This document shows positions 1-11,586 of a stretch of DNA of 64,000 nucleotides, piece after piece. The position numbers were made by a program, and so were the translations under genes. This stretch comes from Saprolegnia diclina VS20 (lineage: Eukaryota): NCBI RefSeq assembly GCF_000281045.1, contig NW_008246097.1, positions 545,911 to 609,910 of the forward strand. Direction: 5' to 3'. The notes beneath the pieces were generated by a model. The model ran no database searches. It had not been told where the DNA came from and was given only the letters and a program-made list of their open reading frames with translations. The first letter of the stretch is position 1. Every line of letters starts with the position of its first letter.

Positions 1-489
1 AAGAAGAGAATGCGGAGCCAACCACTGTGGCCATTAATGTGCGTCTGGGATTCGCGCGTTCCTGCCTCAAAGAAGATACTTTGTCGCGGATTCAACCTGG
101 TTCTGGAGGTGCCACATTAAAGTGGGCGGTCTCTTCACCACGTGAGCGTGTACAGTTGGCGTGTATTCTCCATGGACGGGAAAATACACTTTAGATTTCA
201 CCAAAGGCGCTGGTCTCCACGAGCGCTAACGCTGAGATTATGCATGGGGTGCTGCTTCCTGGAATGGAAGGTGTGCGCCAAAAAATTCAGAGTTTAATTT
301 CGGCACCTTCGATTTTGATGCCACTTTGGTTCGCTCATTCGAATCGAAATGCCGAATTTAGGAGCGAGGGGCAACCGATTGCATGATTGGTCAAAATCGT
401 GGGGGTTCTGAAATTGTGCGGTGGGGATTGGCTGATACGACGGGATTTTCGAAGAGCTCACCTCCTCCCTCGGCCCATTCGAAATTGGC

Positions 490-1148
490 ATGGGCCGTAG
501 CAGAAGTCGTTCCCGAACCCGCTCGCGCAGCCGAAGCCACGGCCGCCGCCACCGCGGCCGTGACCGTAGCCGTGACCGCAGTCGCGACCGTAGCCGTGAC
601 CGCAGCCGCCGCCGTGATGACGACCGCCGCCGTCCCGCGCCGGAGCCGGCGAGCCTCCTCGTCCGTGGCATCCCGCAAAACACGACGCCCGAGGATCTTC
701 GCAAGGCGTTCACGCGCCGCGAGGGCGACATCCGGGACGCCTACATCCCGAAGGACCACATGACGGGCGAGCACCGTGGCTTCGCCTTCATCGAGTTTGC
801 CGACATTCGTGAGGCCCGCGAGGTCAAGCACCAGATGGACCGCACACAGTTTATGGGTGTTGAAATCGGCGTCCTTTTCGCCAAGGAGCGCCGCAAGACG
901 CCAGAGCAGATGCGTCGGCAGGAAGCCATCGATGCCCGCGCGCGCGACCGTCGCAGCCGCAGCCCCGATCGTCGCAACAGCAGCCGCGATCGCCTTCGTC
1001 GCTCGAAATCGCGCTCGCCGTCGCGGTCGCCGTCTCGTGAAAAAGCGCGTCGCAGCCAAAGCGGCAGCCCTGCCAAGCGCAAGAACTCATTCGGTATGGT
1101 CTCATCATCGCCTTCAGGAGGCGCTCATAATGTCCTGTGCTAGAGTAA
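490..1148 (+). CDS. SC35-like (SCL/SRSF10-type) serine/arginine-rich splicing factor, single RRM
   Basis: RS/DRSR repeats flank an RRM (SLLVRGI...RDAYIPKDHMTGEHRGFAFIEF...LFAKERRKTPEQMR). A probable intron at 1094-1143 (GTATGG...CTAG) gives the end KNSFE* at 1148; unspliced, the ORF stops at 1143. Confidence 0.9.
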
Positions 1149-1458
1149 TGCGGATGCACCCACTTCGTACACTACGCAGCATTGTGTTGTTGGTCGCACC
1201 ACCTCTCAAACCGTGTGTAGATGCGCACGCGTCAAGGCTTCGTTAACTTGATGATCCAAGAAGAGTGTGTCTTATCATGAGTGTTCAAGTCCTTGGGCAT
1301 GGACGACGTACGTGCAAGGAAGATGGTCAAGCGCGAAGCACGCGCATCAGGATGCCCAAGGCAAAGGTGCACACGTCAAGCGCAATTCCGCTGCTTAGTA
1401 CGTAGACACACAAGCAGCCTCGACGAGTCATATTAAGCACCAATATCGACCGTATGCG

Positions 1459-2745
1459 CTAGCCGCCAATGAGGATCATGGGCCGGTTCTTGGCGCTGGC
1501 AATGCCATACATGTCGCCGTGGCCGCCGAGCGCGAACTTTTTCCGCTTCACCGCGGCCTGCACAATGAGCCGGAGCTCGTCGTCCGAGAAGCCCGCGCGG
1601 AGAGCGTCGCGGAGACTCACTTCCGTGTGGCCAAACAAACAGACCTTGAGGTTGCCGTCGGCCGTGAGCCGGAGCCGGTTGCAGCCACCGCAAAAGTGCT
1701 CGCTCATGCTCGTGATAAAGCCGAATCGACCGCGCGCGCCGTCGATCGCGTACGCCTTGGCCGTGTCGTGGTCGTCGTCGGCGAGCTTGCGCGTCCGCAG
1801 CGGGAACGCCTCTTCGATGCGCGTGAGCATCTCGCGGTACGGTACAAACGTGCGATCGCTCCACTGGTTGCTGTCGAACGGCATCCACTCGATGAAGCGG
1901 ACATCGATTGGCTTGTCGATCGTCAGCGCGACAAAGTCCGCCACTTCGGACAAGTTGAAGTCGCGCATGACGACGCAGTTGATCTTGACGGGCACGGATG
2001 ACGTGGCCGCCGCCACTTCGATCGCCGCCATGACCCGCGCAAAGCCTTTCCGGCGCGTAATGTGCTCAAACTTGCGTGCGTCCAGCGTATCGAGCGAGAT
2101 GTTGAGCCGCGTGTGGAGCGCTGTGAGCGCCGACGAGTGTTTTGGTAGCGCGATGCCGTTGGTCGTGACGCCAACCGACGCGATGCCGGGAATCGCATGC
2201 AGCGCCTGCGTCAGCGGGATTATGTCCTTGCGCAGGAGCGGCTACGACAGTCATAGAAGCGTGAGCTCTCCGTGCACGACGCAAGACGTACTTCGCCGCC
2301 CGTGAGCCGAAGCTTTGTGACGCCATGGGCCGCAAAGAGCGATGCGAGCCGGACGATTTCGTCGGTCGTGAGCATGTTGTCGTGAGGCTGCAATGGCACC
2401 CCGTCGGCTGGCATGCAGTACTGGCACCGGAGGTTGCAGCGCTCCGTGAGCGAAATACGCAGACAGGTATGCACGCGCCCAAAGGTATCAACGAGGTTGT
2501 CTTCCTTCTCCTGATCCATAATGTGTGAGACGTCCGTTGAGCGAAGCGCTGCACTGTACCGCGGCTTGTAGCTGCGCGACGAGCGCCCGCATGGCCGCCA
2601 CGTTGTCTTCGGTCGATGGCGCTGCTGGCTCGCCCGAAGCGCGTACAAAGTCTGCAAGAGACGGACCGGCCTGGAGCCTTGAGCGGCGCGGCGTGACGTG
2701 CGTCGCGGTCGAGAGCGCGCGCTGGAGGAACCGCGCGGCCATCAT
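1459..2745 (-). CDS. MOCS1A/moaA: GTP 3',8-cyclase (molybdenum cofactor biosynthesis, radical SAM), probable mitochondrial presequence
   Basis: [18 protein letters not shown] (CxxxCxxC), [37 protein letters not shown] and the C-terminal MILIGG double-glycine. Introns at 2511-2559 and 2242-2291. Confidence 0.95.
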
Positions 2746-3921
2746 CGCGACAAATCAGATGGAGAAATCCGGATGCGATCGTCCGGAAGGTTCCGCCGCC
2801 AAAAACCTTGCTTTTTGTATGAAGCGAGGGGTCGGGTTGTGCTTGCCGTTTGGTGCAATGTCAGTGTTGTTACGGTATATTTGGAACATTCACGCGACGT
2901 TTTACGGTATGATGCTTCGGTAATCTCGACAAAAACCCAGATTTTCGGTAGAAACGGTGTGTCGTTTAGGAGAAACCAGAACGGAAATATCGCACCTGCA
3001 CTCTCCAAGCACACTGCTCCAAGCACGCTATCCCAGCACGGCATCAACACTTGAGTACGCGGCACCGTGGACAAGCTATCCAGACTTCGCGGATACACAG
3101 CAAAATAGAAGCTTGCGTCTCGGGGTCCATGCTGCAACCCAGTTAGCGACAAAAACGCCCTCCTCGTGTCATTTTCGCTCCACGCATTATGGAGACGTAC
3201 GTTGCCATTGAATGACTTGTTCAATCTCACTATTGATGCTGGATAACCTCCTATGTCCGTAGCCGCTTCGCAGGAAAGCGTCGTTTTGAATGGTTTAGCT
3301 CCAAGCCGTATTTTATAACACAGTTGACATCAACCATCGCGATGTTCGCAACCTTTTGGACTACCCTCAAGGCAATTCTCGTGACGTAGTGGGCCAAAGC
3401 GCCTGAACCCCGTTCGGAGCCACGTCGCTCAGTGCATGCCAAGCGTGCTAGTTTGCACGGTTGCGTTGGTTTGTTCAATCCCGTGTGAACGAGCAGAATT
3501 CGCCACTCCCCGTGCTCCCGTACGAGCGACTCGGTGCGTGGGGCGACGGGTTGCCAGAAGAAAGAGGGCAGTTGTCTCCGTGCTGCAATCTAATTAGGGT
3601 GCGATTGCGTAGTTGCTTGCCTCATCATGACGGCCTTTTCTTCTCGTGCGGCAGCTTTCCGAGCTCACTTCAATCTTCGTGGACCCAAGATCGCCGTCCA
3701 TCTTGAAGTTTCCATGACGTTCACGTGAGCATATATCCTAATTAGGCCTCCGCCCACCTGGTCCAACATCCTAATTCGGTCCTTTTTGCATTGGACCATA
3801 TAAAAAGTCCGAATTTCGATTGCCGCAACTTGGCGTTTGCGTCATCGTGTACGTAAGCACCAAAGGTCATTTTCGGTGCCGGTCACTTGCGAATTGACCG
3901 CCAAGGACACGGACGACGACC

Positions 3922-4913
3922 ATGACGATGATGGCTTCGGCGCTCGACTGGATCGAACGCTACGACAACCTCGACCTGCTCGAGCCCTACTGGGCAGCGC
4001 TCCAAGCGCGTTGCTCGGACTTTACCATCTACTTTTGGTGCACGGTGACACTCTCGACGCTGGCGCTCTTTGGCGGCTCGCTCGTCTACGCCCTCATGGA
4101 CGCCACGCCCGCGCTGCGCAAGTACAAGATCCAGCCGACAAAGCCTCCGACCATCGCGCTCTACCTGCGCTGCCTCAAGCTCGCAGTCGGGAACCACCTC
4201 CTTATCCACATGGGCTTGCTCTACGTCAACTTGCCGCTCATGCAGTGGCTCGGCATCTCGGTCTCGTCGCCGCTTCCCAAGCCGTAAGCCATCACGACAG
4301 CGTGCATCTCGGTACTCATCCTACGCATAGGTCGACAATCGCGCTCCAGTTTCTCGCGTGCATGCTCGCGGAAGACTTTTGCTTTTATTGGTGCCATCGC
4401 TTCTTGCATTGGAAGCGCATTTACAAGCACGTGCACAAAGGTATGTACAGATTTTCTAGTTGTCGTCTGAGATCTGAGATCTGAGTTGGAAATCTAGTGC
4501 ACCACGAGTACCGCGCACCGTTTGGGCTCACGGCCGTGTACACGCATCCGCTCGAAGAGCTTTTGACGACGGGCGCGACGATGGCGGGCCCGCTCCTCGT
4601 GTGCCGGCACATGCTGCCAATCTGGATCTGGACGACGTACCGCTTGCTCGAGACGATCGACTCGCACTCGGGGTTTGAGTTCCCGCTGGCGCCCGGCCAT
4701 TTGATCCCGATTCTGAGCGGTACGCTGCGTCACGACTACCACCACGAAAAGTTCGACTGCAACTTTGGCTCAATGTTTTCGTTCTGGGACTGGGTCTGCG
4801 GCACAGACGCCGCGTTCCGCGAGCTTCAGCGCGCCAAGGCGGCCAAGGGCGAACCGTGTTGGCTTGATGTCTTCGACTACTTGACACCAGCTGCCAAGAC
4901 CAAGACCGTGTAG
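3922..4913 (+). CDS. Sterol C4-methyl oxidase / fatty acid hydroxylase superfamily (ERG25/SMO-like)
   Basis: KYKIQP, EDFCFYWCHRFLH, HKVHHEY (across an intron), YTHPLE, SHSG and HDYHH His boxes. Introns at about 4284-4330 and 4441-4497. Confidence 0.88.
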
Positions 4914-4960
4914 CGTCAAAGGTTGAAAAATGATGTTTTTGTTCGTCCTTCGAGTGTTAT

Positions 4961-5972
4961 CTAGTGCGCAGGCGTGTCCGGGTACACCGTTAGCAGGCCT
5001 TCCTTGCGTATGTGCACGTATTGATCTCCGTTCGAGGTCATTTTCATCCAGCGTATGGGACGTACCGGGGATCTGCTTGAGCGCCGCGGTGGCAAAGGCA
5101 ATGTCCGGGTTGCTCGCCGACCTGCTATTGCTGAACTCGACAAAATGAAAGTTGTTGAAGCGCCGGCGCCGCATCGGATCGTCAAAGTCGCACATCGTAC
5201 CCCACGGTCCGTCGCCAACGCCAACCATAATGATGGCTACATCGTTAGTGAGTTGTGGTGAGATGCGCATGCAAACGCTTCCGTTCGTACAGATGGGGTA
5301 GTTGGAGGCCTCAACGATGGCGCGGTCAGTCCCCTTCTCGTCCGTGACTTGTCCGTCAGCGATGATGACAAGAATGTGGTAGCGCCGCGTCATCTTGACA
5401 ATGCGAATGGTCTCGTGGATCACGGCCGCAAAGTTTGTTGGCCCCGAGAGCTTGACGGTCGGGGTCACTTGGTTGTAGCGCGCGAGGACGCCGGCGAAGC
5501 CCTCGCACGGCTGCCCCTCGATGCCGAGGTTGAAGCAAGCGTGTCCTGCGGTGTGGATGTCGCCAAAGCCCAGCGCAGGGATGAGTCCGTCATCGTCAAA
5601 GACTTCGAGCGTTCAGCCCAGCGTTTGGATGACTGTCTGGTACGGGTTCAGGGCGCCATGCTCCGCATCAATGTCGTGGAGGCATTTCCCACCAAACGAG
5701 GTTTCGCCAGTCCACTAAAACCGTAAAGTGAAGAGGGGATTTAGGTGAGCTGCTACCGTGTTGGACTTGGTGTAGTCGATGGCAACGACGACATTGGAGG
5801 ACTCGAGGCCGCACATGCGTAGCCCCCGCTGCAGATCCTCTAGCGCAACATCGTTGATGGCGCCAAGTGCGATTGGTGGCGTACCGTAGGTTGCATAGCA
5901 GTCTTCGACCGCATCTTTCGGTTTTGGTACCATCGCCTTGCCAATGCTGCAGCCAAAGAGACTCTTGCGCAT
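4961..5972 (-). pseudogene. RGLG/copine-type vWA protein, copy A; in-frame TGA at 5613-5615, probable pseudogene
   Basis: [63 protein letters not shown]. The TGA sits where paralogs have R/K, and there is no N-terminal MG. Confidence 0.8.
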
Positions 5973-6440
5973 CGCGCAAAACGAAAAATGCACGCACCGT
6001 TGGTTGTATAGCACTACTCTCTGTTCACGTAGCCATGCGATACTGAGCAAAGACAAGCATCGTACTCTCATCCAGCTCTCTCCACCTCGCTCGCAAGTCC
6101 CTTTGACATGCCCGAATGTAGGGCTAGGGATTTGGAATGATGGTCTTTGTGACATCCGCTGCCGCTGGGTTGTTGGCTTTCTGGCTTGCTTTCTTGATTT
6201 ATCAGTGACCGACAAAACTGCCGAGCGAAATCAACAAATCATGTGATTCTTCACGAGTGTTTTGGGTGGTACATAGGCGCTGTTTGGTCTACGACCGAAA
6301 CCTCTGCGATCGAATCGATGACGCACTAATATACACTTTCTACAAGCATAATTGTCTACTGTCTGACGTCAAAGAGGGTTTATAGGGTTTATTTGCGACT
6401 AACGACGCGGTTTGCTCGTTTCTTATGATTCGACGCATCC

Positions 6441-7545
6441 TTAGTGTTCTGGAAGAAGACCGAGCTGGCGAATGGTCTTGTATTGCGCTGCATCGTAGCA
6501 TGAGACGCAGCATTTCGATTTGCAAGCGTAGTACCTGGGATACCTGCGAGCGCGGCAGCGGCAAAGCCAACTTGTGGGTTGGCCACATTAAACTCGAGCA
6601 CTTTGTTGTATTCGACAAATTGAAAGTTCTCGAACCGGCGCCGCGTGAGCTTGTCGGAATATTTGTTCATCATATCCTACAATTAGCCTTTGTGCACAAA
6701 AACATCAAAGAGAGCGAGTTACCCACGGACCGTCACCGACGCCGACCATGATGATGGCTGCATCGCAAGCGTCAATGAACCCGAACAATACACGGGAACG
6801 TACACAAGGCAGAGTTGGAGGCAGCGACGATCGAATCGGCGGTCTCTGTCTCGCACGTCACTTGGCCGTCGGCGATGATGACGAGGATGTGATACTGCTG
6901 CGTTGCTTTGACGAGGCGCACCGCCTCTTCGATGATTGGCGTAAAGCTTGTGGGTCCCGCGAGTGCCACCGTTGGCGTTACAACCTTGTAGCGCTCGAGC
7001 GCGTCGGTGAACCCTCGGCACGGCGCGTCGTCGAGCTTGAAGCACGACACATCGCGCGTGGTGGCGTCGCCAAAGCCGTACAGTCGAATGAGCTGGTCCT
7101 TATCAAAGGCTTCCAGCGTCTTCCCCAAGGCGCGAATCACCGCCTACGCGCGACAGATGTGAGCCACAAGCCTCTGGCAGACGAGGCACCTGGTACGGGT
7201 TGGCGTCGACATCGCTTGGGTCAATGTAGTGCAGCGACTTGCCAAAGGACCACTTGCCATTCCACTAGCAAGGATACGACTGATGATCGATTGAGAACGG
7301 CCATTGAAGCGTACGTCGTTGGAACGCGTGTAGTCGATAGCAATGAGAAGGTGCGACGTCTCGAGGCCGGCTTCCTGCAGCGACGTCTGAAGTTCCTCTA
7401 CTTGCCAGCGTAAGCTGCAGGTAGCGTAGCGAAGAAGGGTACCGTAGCTTTCATATTTCGTCGCCGTCGACTTGCAACGGCGCGTGGACGAGTGCAGGTT
7501 GTGGTCCTCGTCGACGCCGCAGCACGCCGAGATCAGTTGCCCCAT
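6441..7545 (-). CDS. RGLG/copine-type vWA-only protein, copy B (MGQLISACC...)
   Basis: [54 protein letters not shown], ending QYKTIRQLGLLPEH*. Six GT-AG introns. Confidence 0.9.
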
Positions 7546-7810
7546 CGTCGTTCGAAGTGCAAACTGAGTGCTGATTGGCGCATCATAAACGAGGTACATA
7601 CGTTAAATAGGTTAAACCCATCACAACAAGCAGAAAAGTAGATGCGACGTCATCACCAACTCGCCACGACGACGCCTCAACTTCTTATCGCCTCGATGAA
7701 AACTCACGTTGACAGAAGTGAGAAAGATGTACATGACATTATACTAGACCTTACTTAGTGCTGGGTCCACAGTGGCCTGATTGTACGGTAGTCGGTCGGC
7801 CAAGACGCGA

Positions 7811-8918
7811 TCACAGGAGCCCGAGACGCCGAATGGCCTTGTATTGCTCTACATCGCGCATAGCTATATAGACGTATCACATAGCCAAAAACGCTACCTG
7901 GGATCTCCATGAGAGCAGCCGTGGCAAAACCAACGTCCGGGTTTCGGGCGTTGAGTTTGAGAACGCTTGCAAAATCGACAAATTGAAAGTTGTCAAAGCG
8001 ACGACGCGGAAGCTGGTCGTCGTACTCGTGCATCATATCCTAGGAGCCACTTCGTTTGCAACGAGCCTACATAAGGTTATATCGGACAAACCCAAGGACC
8101 ATCCCCGACGCCGACGACCACGATGGCTATAAAAACGCAACCACTATGAGTGCCAAGGACACGGCTTCCTCCTTCTGTGGCGTACAGATCGGGTAGTTGG
8201 ACGCTTCGACGATCGCGTCGGTGGTTTCTTTTTCGCTCGTGACTTGGCCGTCGGCGACGATGATGAGAATGTGGTACGCCTGCGTCTCGCGCGTGATGCG
8301 GATGGCTTCGTGGATCACGGGGGCGAAGTTTGTCGGCCCGGAGAGCTTGACGCTTGGCGTCACTTGGTTGTAGCGCGCGAGTACTTCGACAAAGCCTTCA
8401 ATCGGTGCCAGCGAGAGCGGGAAGCACTTGCTGCCCTGCGTCGTGATATCGCCAAAGCCGTACGCTGGGATCAACCGGTCGTCATCAAACACTTCCAGCG
8501 TGCGGCCCAAGATTTGGATCACAGCCTAGCAGCATCAAAGTCACGAATGCGCTAGTCTTATTACCTGGTACGGGTTCAACTCCCGTGGATCGAGGGCGTG
8601 GAGACTCTTGCCGTGAAAGGTGCGCTCGCCGCTCCACTAGACGAATGGCGACGATGATATTGCGAGCTAACGTACGAACTCAATGCACCTCGTTCGACTT
8701 GGTGTAGTCGATGGCGACGATCAAGTTGGACGACTCGAGGCCTGCGCGTCGAAGGGCAGCTTGAAGCTCGCCTACTCAAGTCAAAATGGCAACCAGCCAC
8801 GGCAAGCGGCGGTCGCACCGTAGGTTTCGTAGTGGTCTGGGATCGAGCGAAAGGGATGCAGCGCGCCAGGTGGCGTCCCATCGTCGCTCGTGCCGCACGT
8901 CGAGAACAAGAGACCCAT
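7811..8918 (-). CDS. RGLG/copine-type vWA-only protein, copy C (MGLLFSTCG...)
   Basis: [79 protein letters not shown]. Six introns. Confidence 0.92.
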
Positions 8919-9598
8919 GGCCCAGACGAGAAATGTGGAAATGCCACGCACATGTACGTCAAATGCTAAAGACGTTAAACGGTTTTAACGTCGAGCGGGC
9001 AACGGGAATGATGGTGGGGATGGTGCAAGCCAAGCGAAGGGTGACCATTGCCAGCTGACAGAGCCCAACGTTGCAAGACGACAGAGCTTCTCGCGAACTA
9101 CATGTATGTCGAGAGGCAAAGAAATATTCACTTCATCACTGGCCTGTTGAGACTGCGTGAACGGCGGCGAAGGCTTTTACGCTCTTCAACTCCACCATAG
9201 TGTTTGCTCGTGTCTTTGCGAACGAAGCACAATCAGCAGCACAGATCTTGAACGTTGTTACCAGGCAGGCCAGACAAGGCGCTACCGGTAGCTACATATT
9301 TGACCCGTAGCCACAAGGCATAGCTCTCTCGAGGCAGCATTTGACAGTGTTTTATTGTCTTTTCGTTGCCTTTCGGAAACGAAAACAAACATGTTCTGCC
9401 CTGTCCCCGACAGTCAGGGACCTGGGCCCGACTACAACCCGGACAGACGCGCTTCAAGAATCCTAGGGATGTGTCGCTTCGAGTTCTTAGCGAGCTATTC
9501 ATCGTCTCTTTATCTCGTTCGCGGAGCGCTGCAACACGTCGCTGCTCCAAAGTCCATTGTGTTTCCTCGCCTCAACATTGCGGCATTCGCTGCCATTA

Positions 9599-10029
9599 GA
9601 GCTTCTCCACCGGTCCGCGCTATCCTACACTGGCTCTGTAAAATTTCCAAATTTGTAAAAAAATTACCGGGGAAATGCCCCACCGGTCCCTGTAAATCGC
9701 CCTGTATCTGTATAATTTTTACCGGGTGGAGCAAAAATTGGCCGAGCGCCCTGTATCCTGGCGCCCGATACAGGGCGCCCGGGCACCCTGGCTTTTTACC
9801 CGGTAAAATCGCGAATGACTCATGTTTTGTATACTAGTAAAAAAAATACAAAATCGAATTTTAAGACGAAGTTCGAAGTTATCGACGCCATACAAATCGC
9901 GACTCCCGGCATCTTTTTACAGGGCGACCGCTGGGGCGTTTGTTTTATCTTGCTCTGTGTCGCATATACAGGGCGAAATCGCGCAAACCCAGAGCCAGTG
10001 TGGGATACAGGGAACCGGTGGAGATGCTC
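9599..10029. mobile_element. Non-autonomous PIF/Harbinger (Tourist-like) MITE, 431 bp
   Basis: 40-bp terminal inverted repeats (9599-9638 vs 9990-10029, 34/40 match) beginning GAGC(A/T)TCTCCA. TTA flanks both ends (9596-9598, 10030-10032). The interior has A/T tracts, no credible ORF and a repeated CCCTGTA motif. Confidence 0.88.
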
Positions 10030-10176
10030 TTACTCAATAAACGCATTTAACACACACCATCGGGTAAACCTAGGTATTCCGAGTGCTGGTCCTCGAATTT
10101 TTTAAAACGTCATTGATTTGCATTCAGCAAGGCCGTCTGGTGCCATTTTTATTTGCTTGTCGCAGTCACTCGCGCA

Positions 10177-11264
10177 ATGGGCTCGGACAACAGCAAGCCA
10201 AAGCCGCAGACCCGCGCGCCCGCACCGCGTTCGCCGGCCTTCCAGCGCATTCCGGACCAGTACGAGACCTACGGTACGCCCTTCGCACTGAGCGCAGAGA
10301 CCTAATCTCGGCGCAGAGCAACTCCAGCATGCGCTGCGGGCGTCTGGCCTCGAATCCTCCAACTTGATTCTCGCCATCGACTACACCAAGTCCAACACGG
10401 TACTCGCGACATGCTCATGGCGGTGCATGCTCATAAGCGCCTTAGTGGACGGGCCAGCAGTCGTTCCAGGGCAAGTGCTTGCACGACATTGACCAAACCG
10501 GCCAGACGTGGAACCCGTACCAGGTCTACTCCAATCAATGCCGGCAGCCGACGAATGAACCGCCTTGCTCTAGTCGGTGATCCACATCATGGGCAAGACG
10601 CTCGAAGCGTTCGACGACGACAAGCTCATTCCGGCCTTTGGCTTTGGCGACGCCACGACGGGCAGCCGTGCTTGCTTTCCGTTTGTCCCAAACGGCGAAG
10701 TGCTCACGGGGTTTGCCCAAGTGCTCGAGCGCTACAACCAGATCACGCCGGCGATGGCGCTCTCGGGCCCAACCAACTTTGCGCCCGTCATCAACGAAGC
10801 CATTCGTATCGTACAGGCGCATCGGTCGTACCACATCCTCGTGATCATTGCTGGTTCTTCACTTCGCTTTGATTCCTGGACACTCATTTCGCGTAGACGG
10901 CCAAGTCACCAACGAGAAGGAAACCATCGACGCAATTGTTGCCGCCTCCAACTTTCCGCTGTGTACGTTGATGATGCTAAAAGGACGACGACTCATGGAT
11001 GACGCAGCGATCGTCATGGTCGGTGTCGGCGATGGCCCGTGGGAGATGATGCAGCGCTTCGACGACCAGATTCCGACGCGCAAGTTTGACAACTTTCAAT
11101 TTGTCGAGTACAACAAAACGCTGCGGCACAACCCGCGCAACCCGGAAGTGGGCTTTGCCACGTCGGCCCTCATGGAAATCCCAGGTACGTTCTCGCTCGT
11201 CCGAGCTGACTTGACCCGTTGCGTAGATCAGTACAAGACCTTGCGTCGCCTCGGCATGCTCTAA
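10177..11264 (+). CDS. RGLG/copine-type vWA-only protein, copy D (MGSDNSKPK...)
   Basis: [81 protein letters not shown]. Six introns. Confidence 0.92.
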
Positions 11265-11586
11265 GCCCAGATAGGAGCCATCAGGCTTGTCGCTGACGTA
11301 TACCAACGAATTTGCTCGTTTCATGCACTCGACGCCTTGTCTTGCAGCGGGGACGAGGTGCGGAGCTGTGCGATGTACCGTTGTTGGACTGGGAACCTGC
11401 CACGCTTCCGCGACGGGATTGGCTAGAAAGGTGACTTTTGGACCAATCCACGCGCGCAGACGTTGGAAAAGCTACTGCAGACCTGTGCTATTGTATTTCC
11501 TGGATTCTCATACATTTTCCAAGAGAAAATAAAATCAGTGGATTCTATTTTCGAAGCGCAGAACCCATCACTCTGCAATCTCAACC

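Noticed and set aside
562..612. 12-bp tandem repeat
   Set aside because: Encodes the DRSR repeats of the SR protein; not a CRISPR array or independent repeat.
9060..9590. Short ORFs beside the MITE as a transposase remnant
   Set aside because: No DDE or Myb motif recognisable in the frames inspected.
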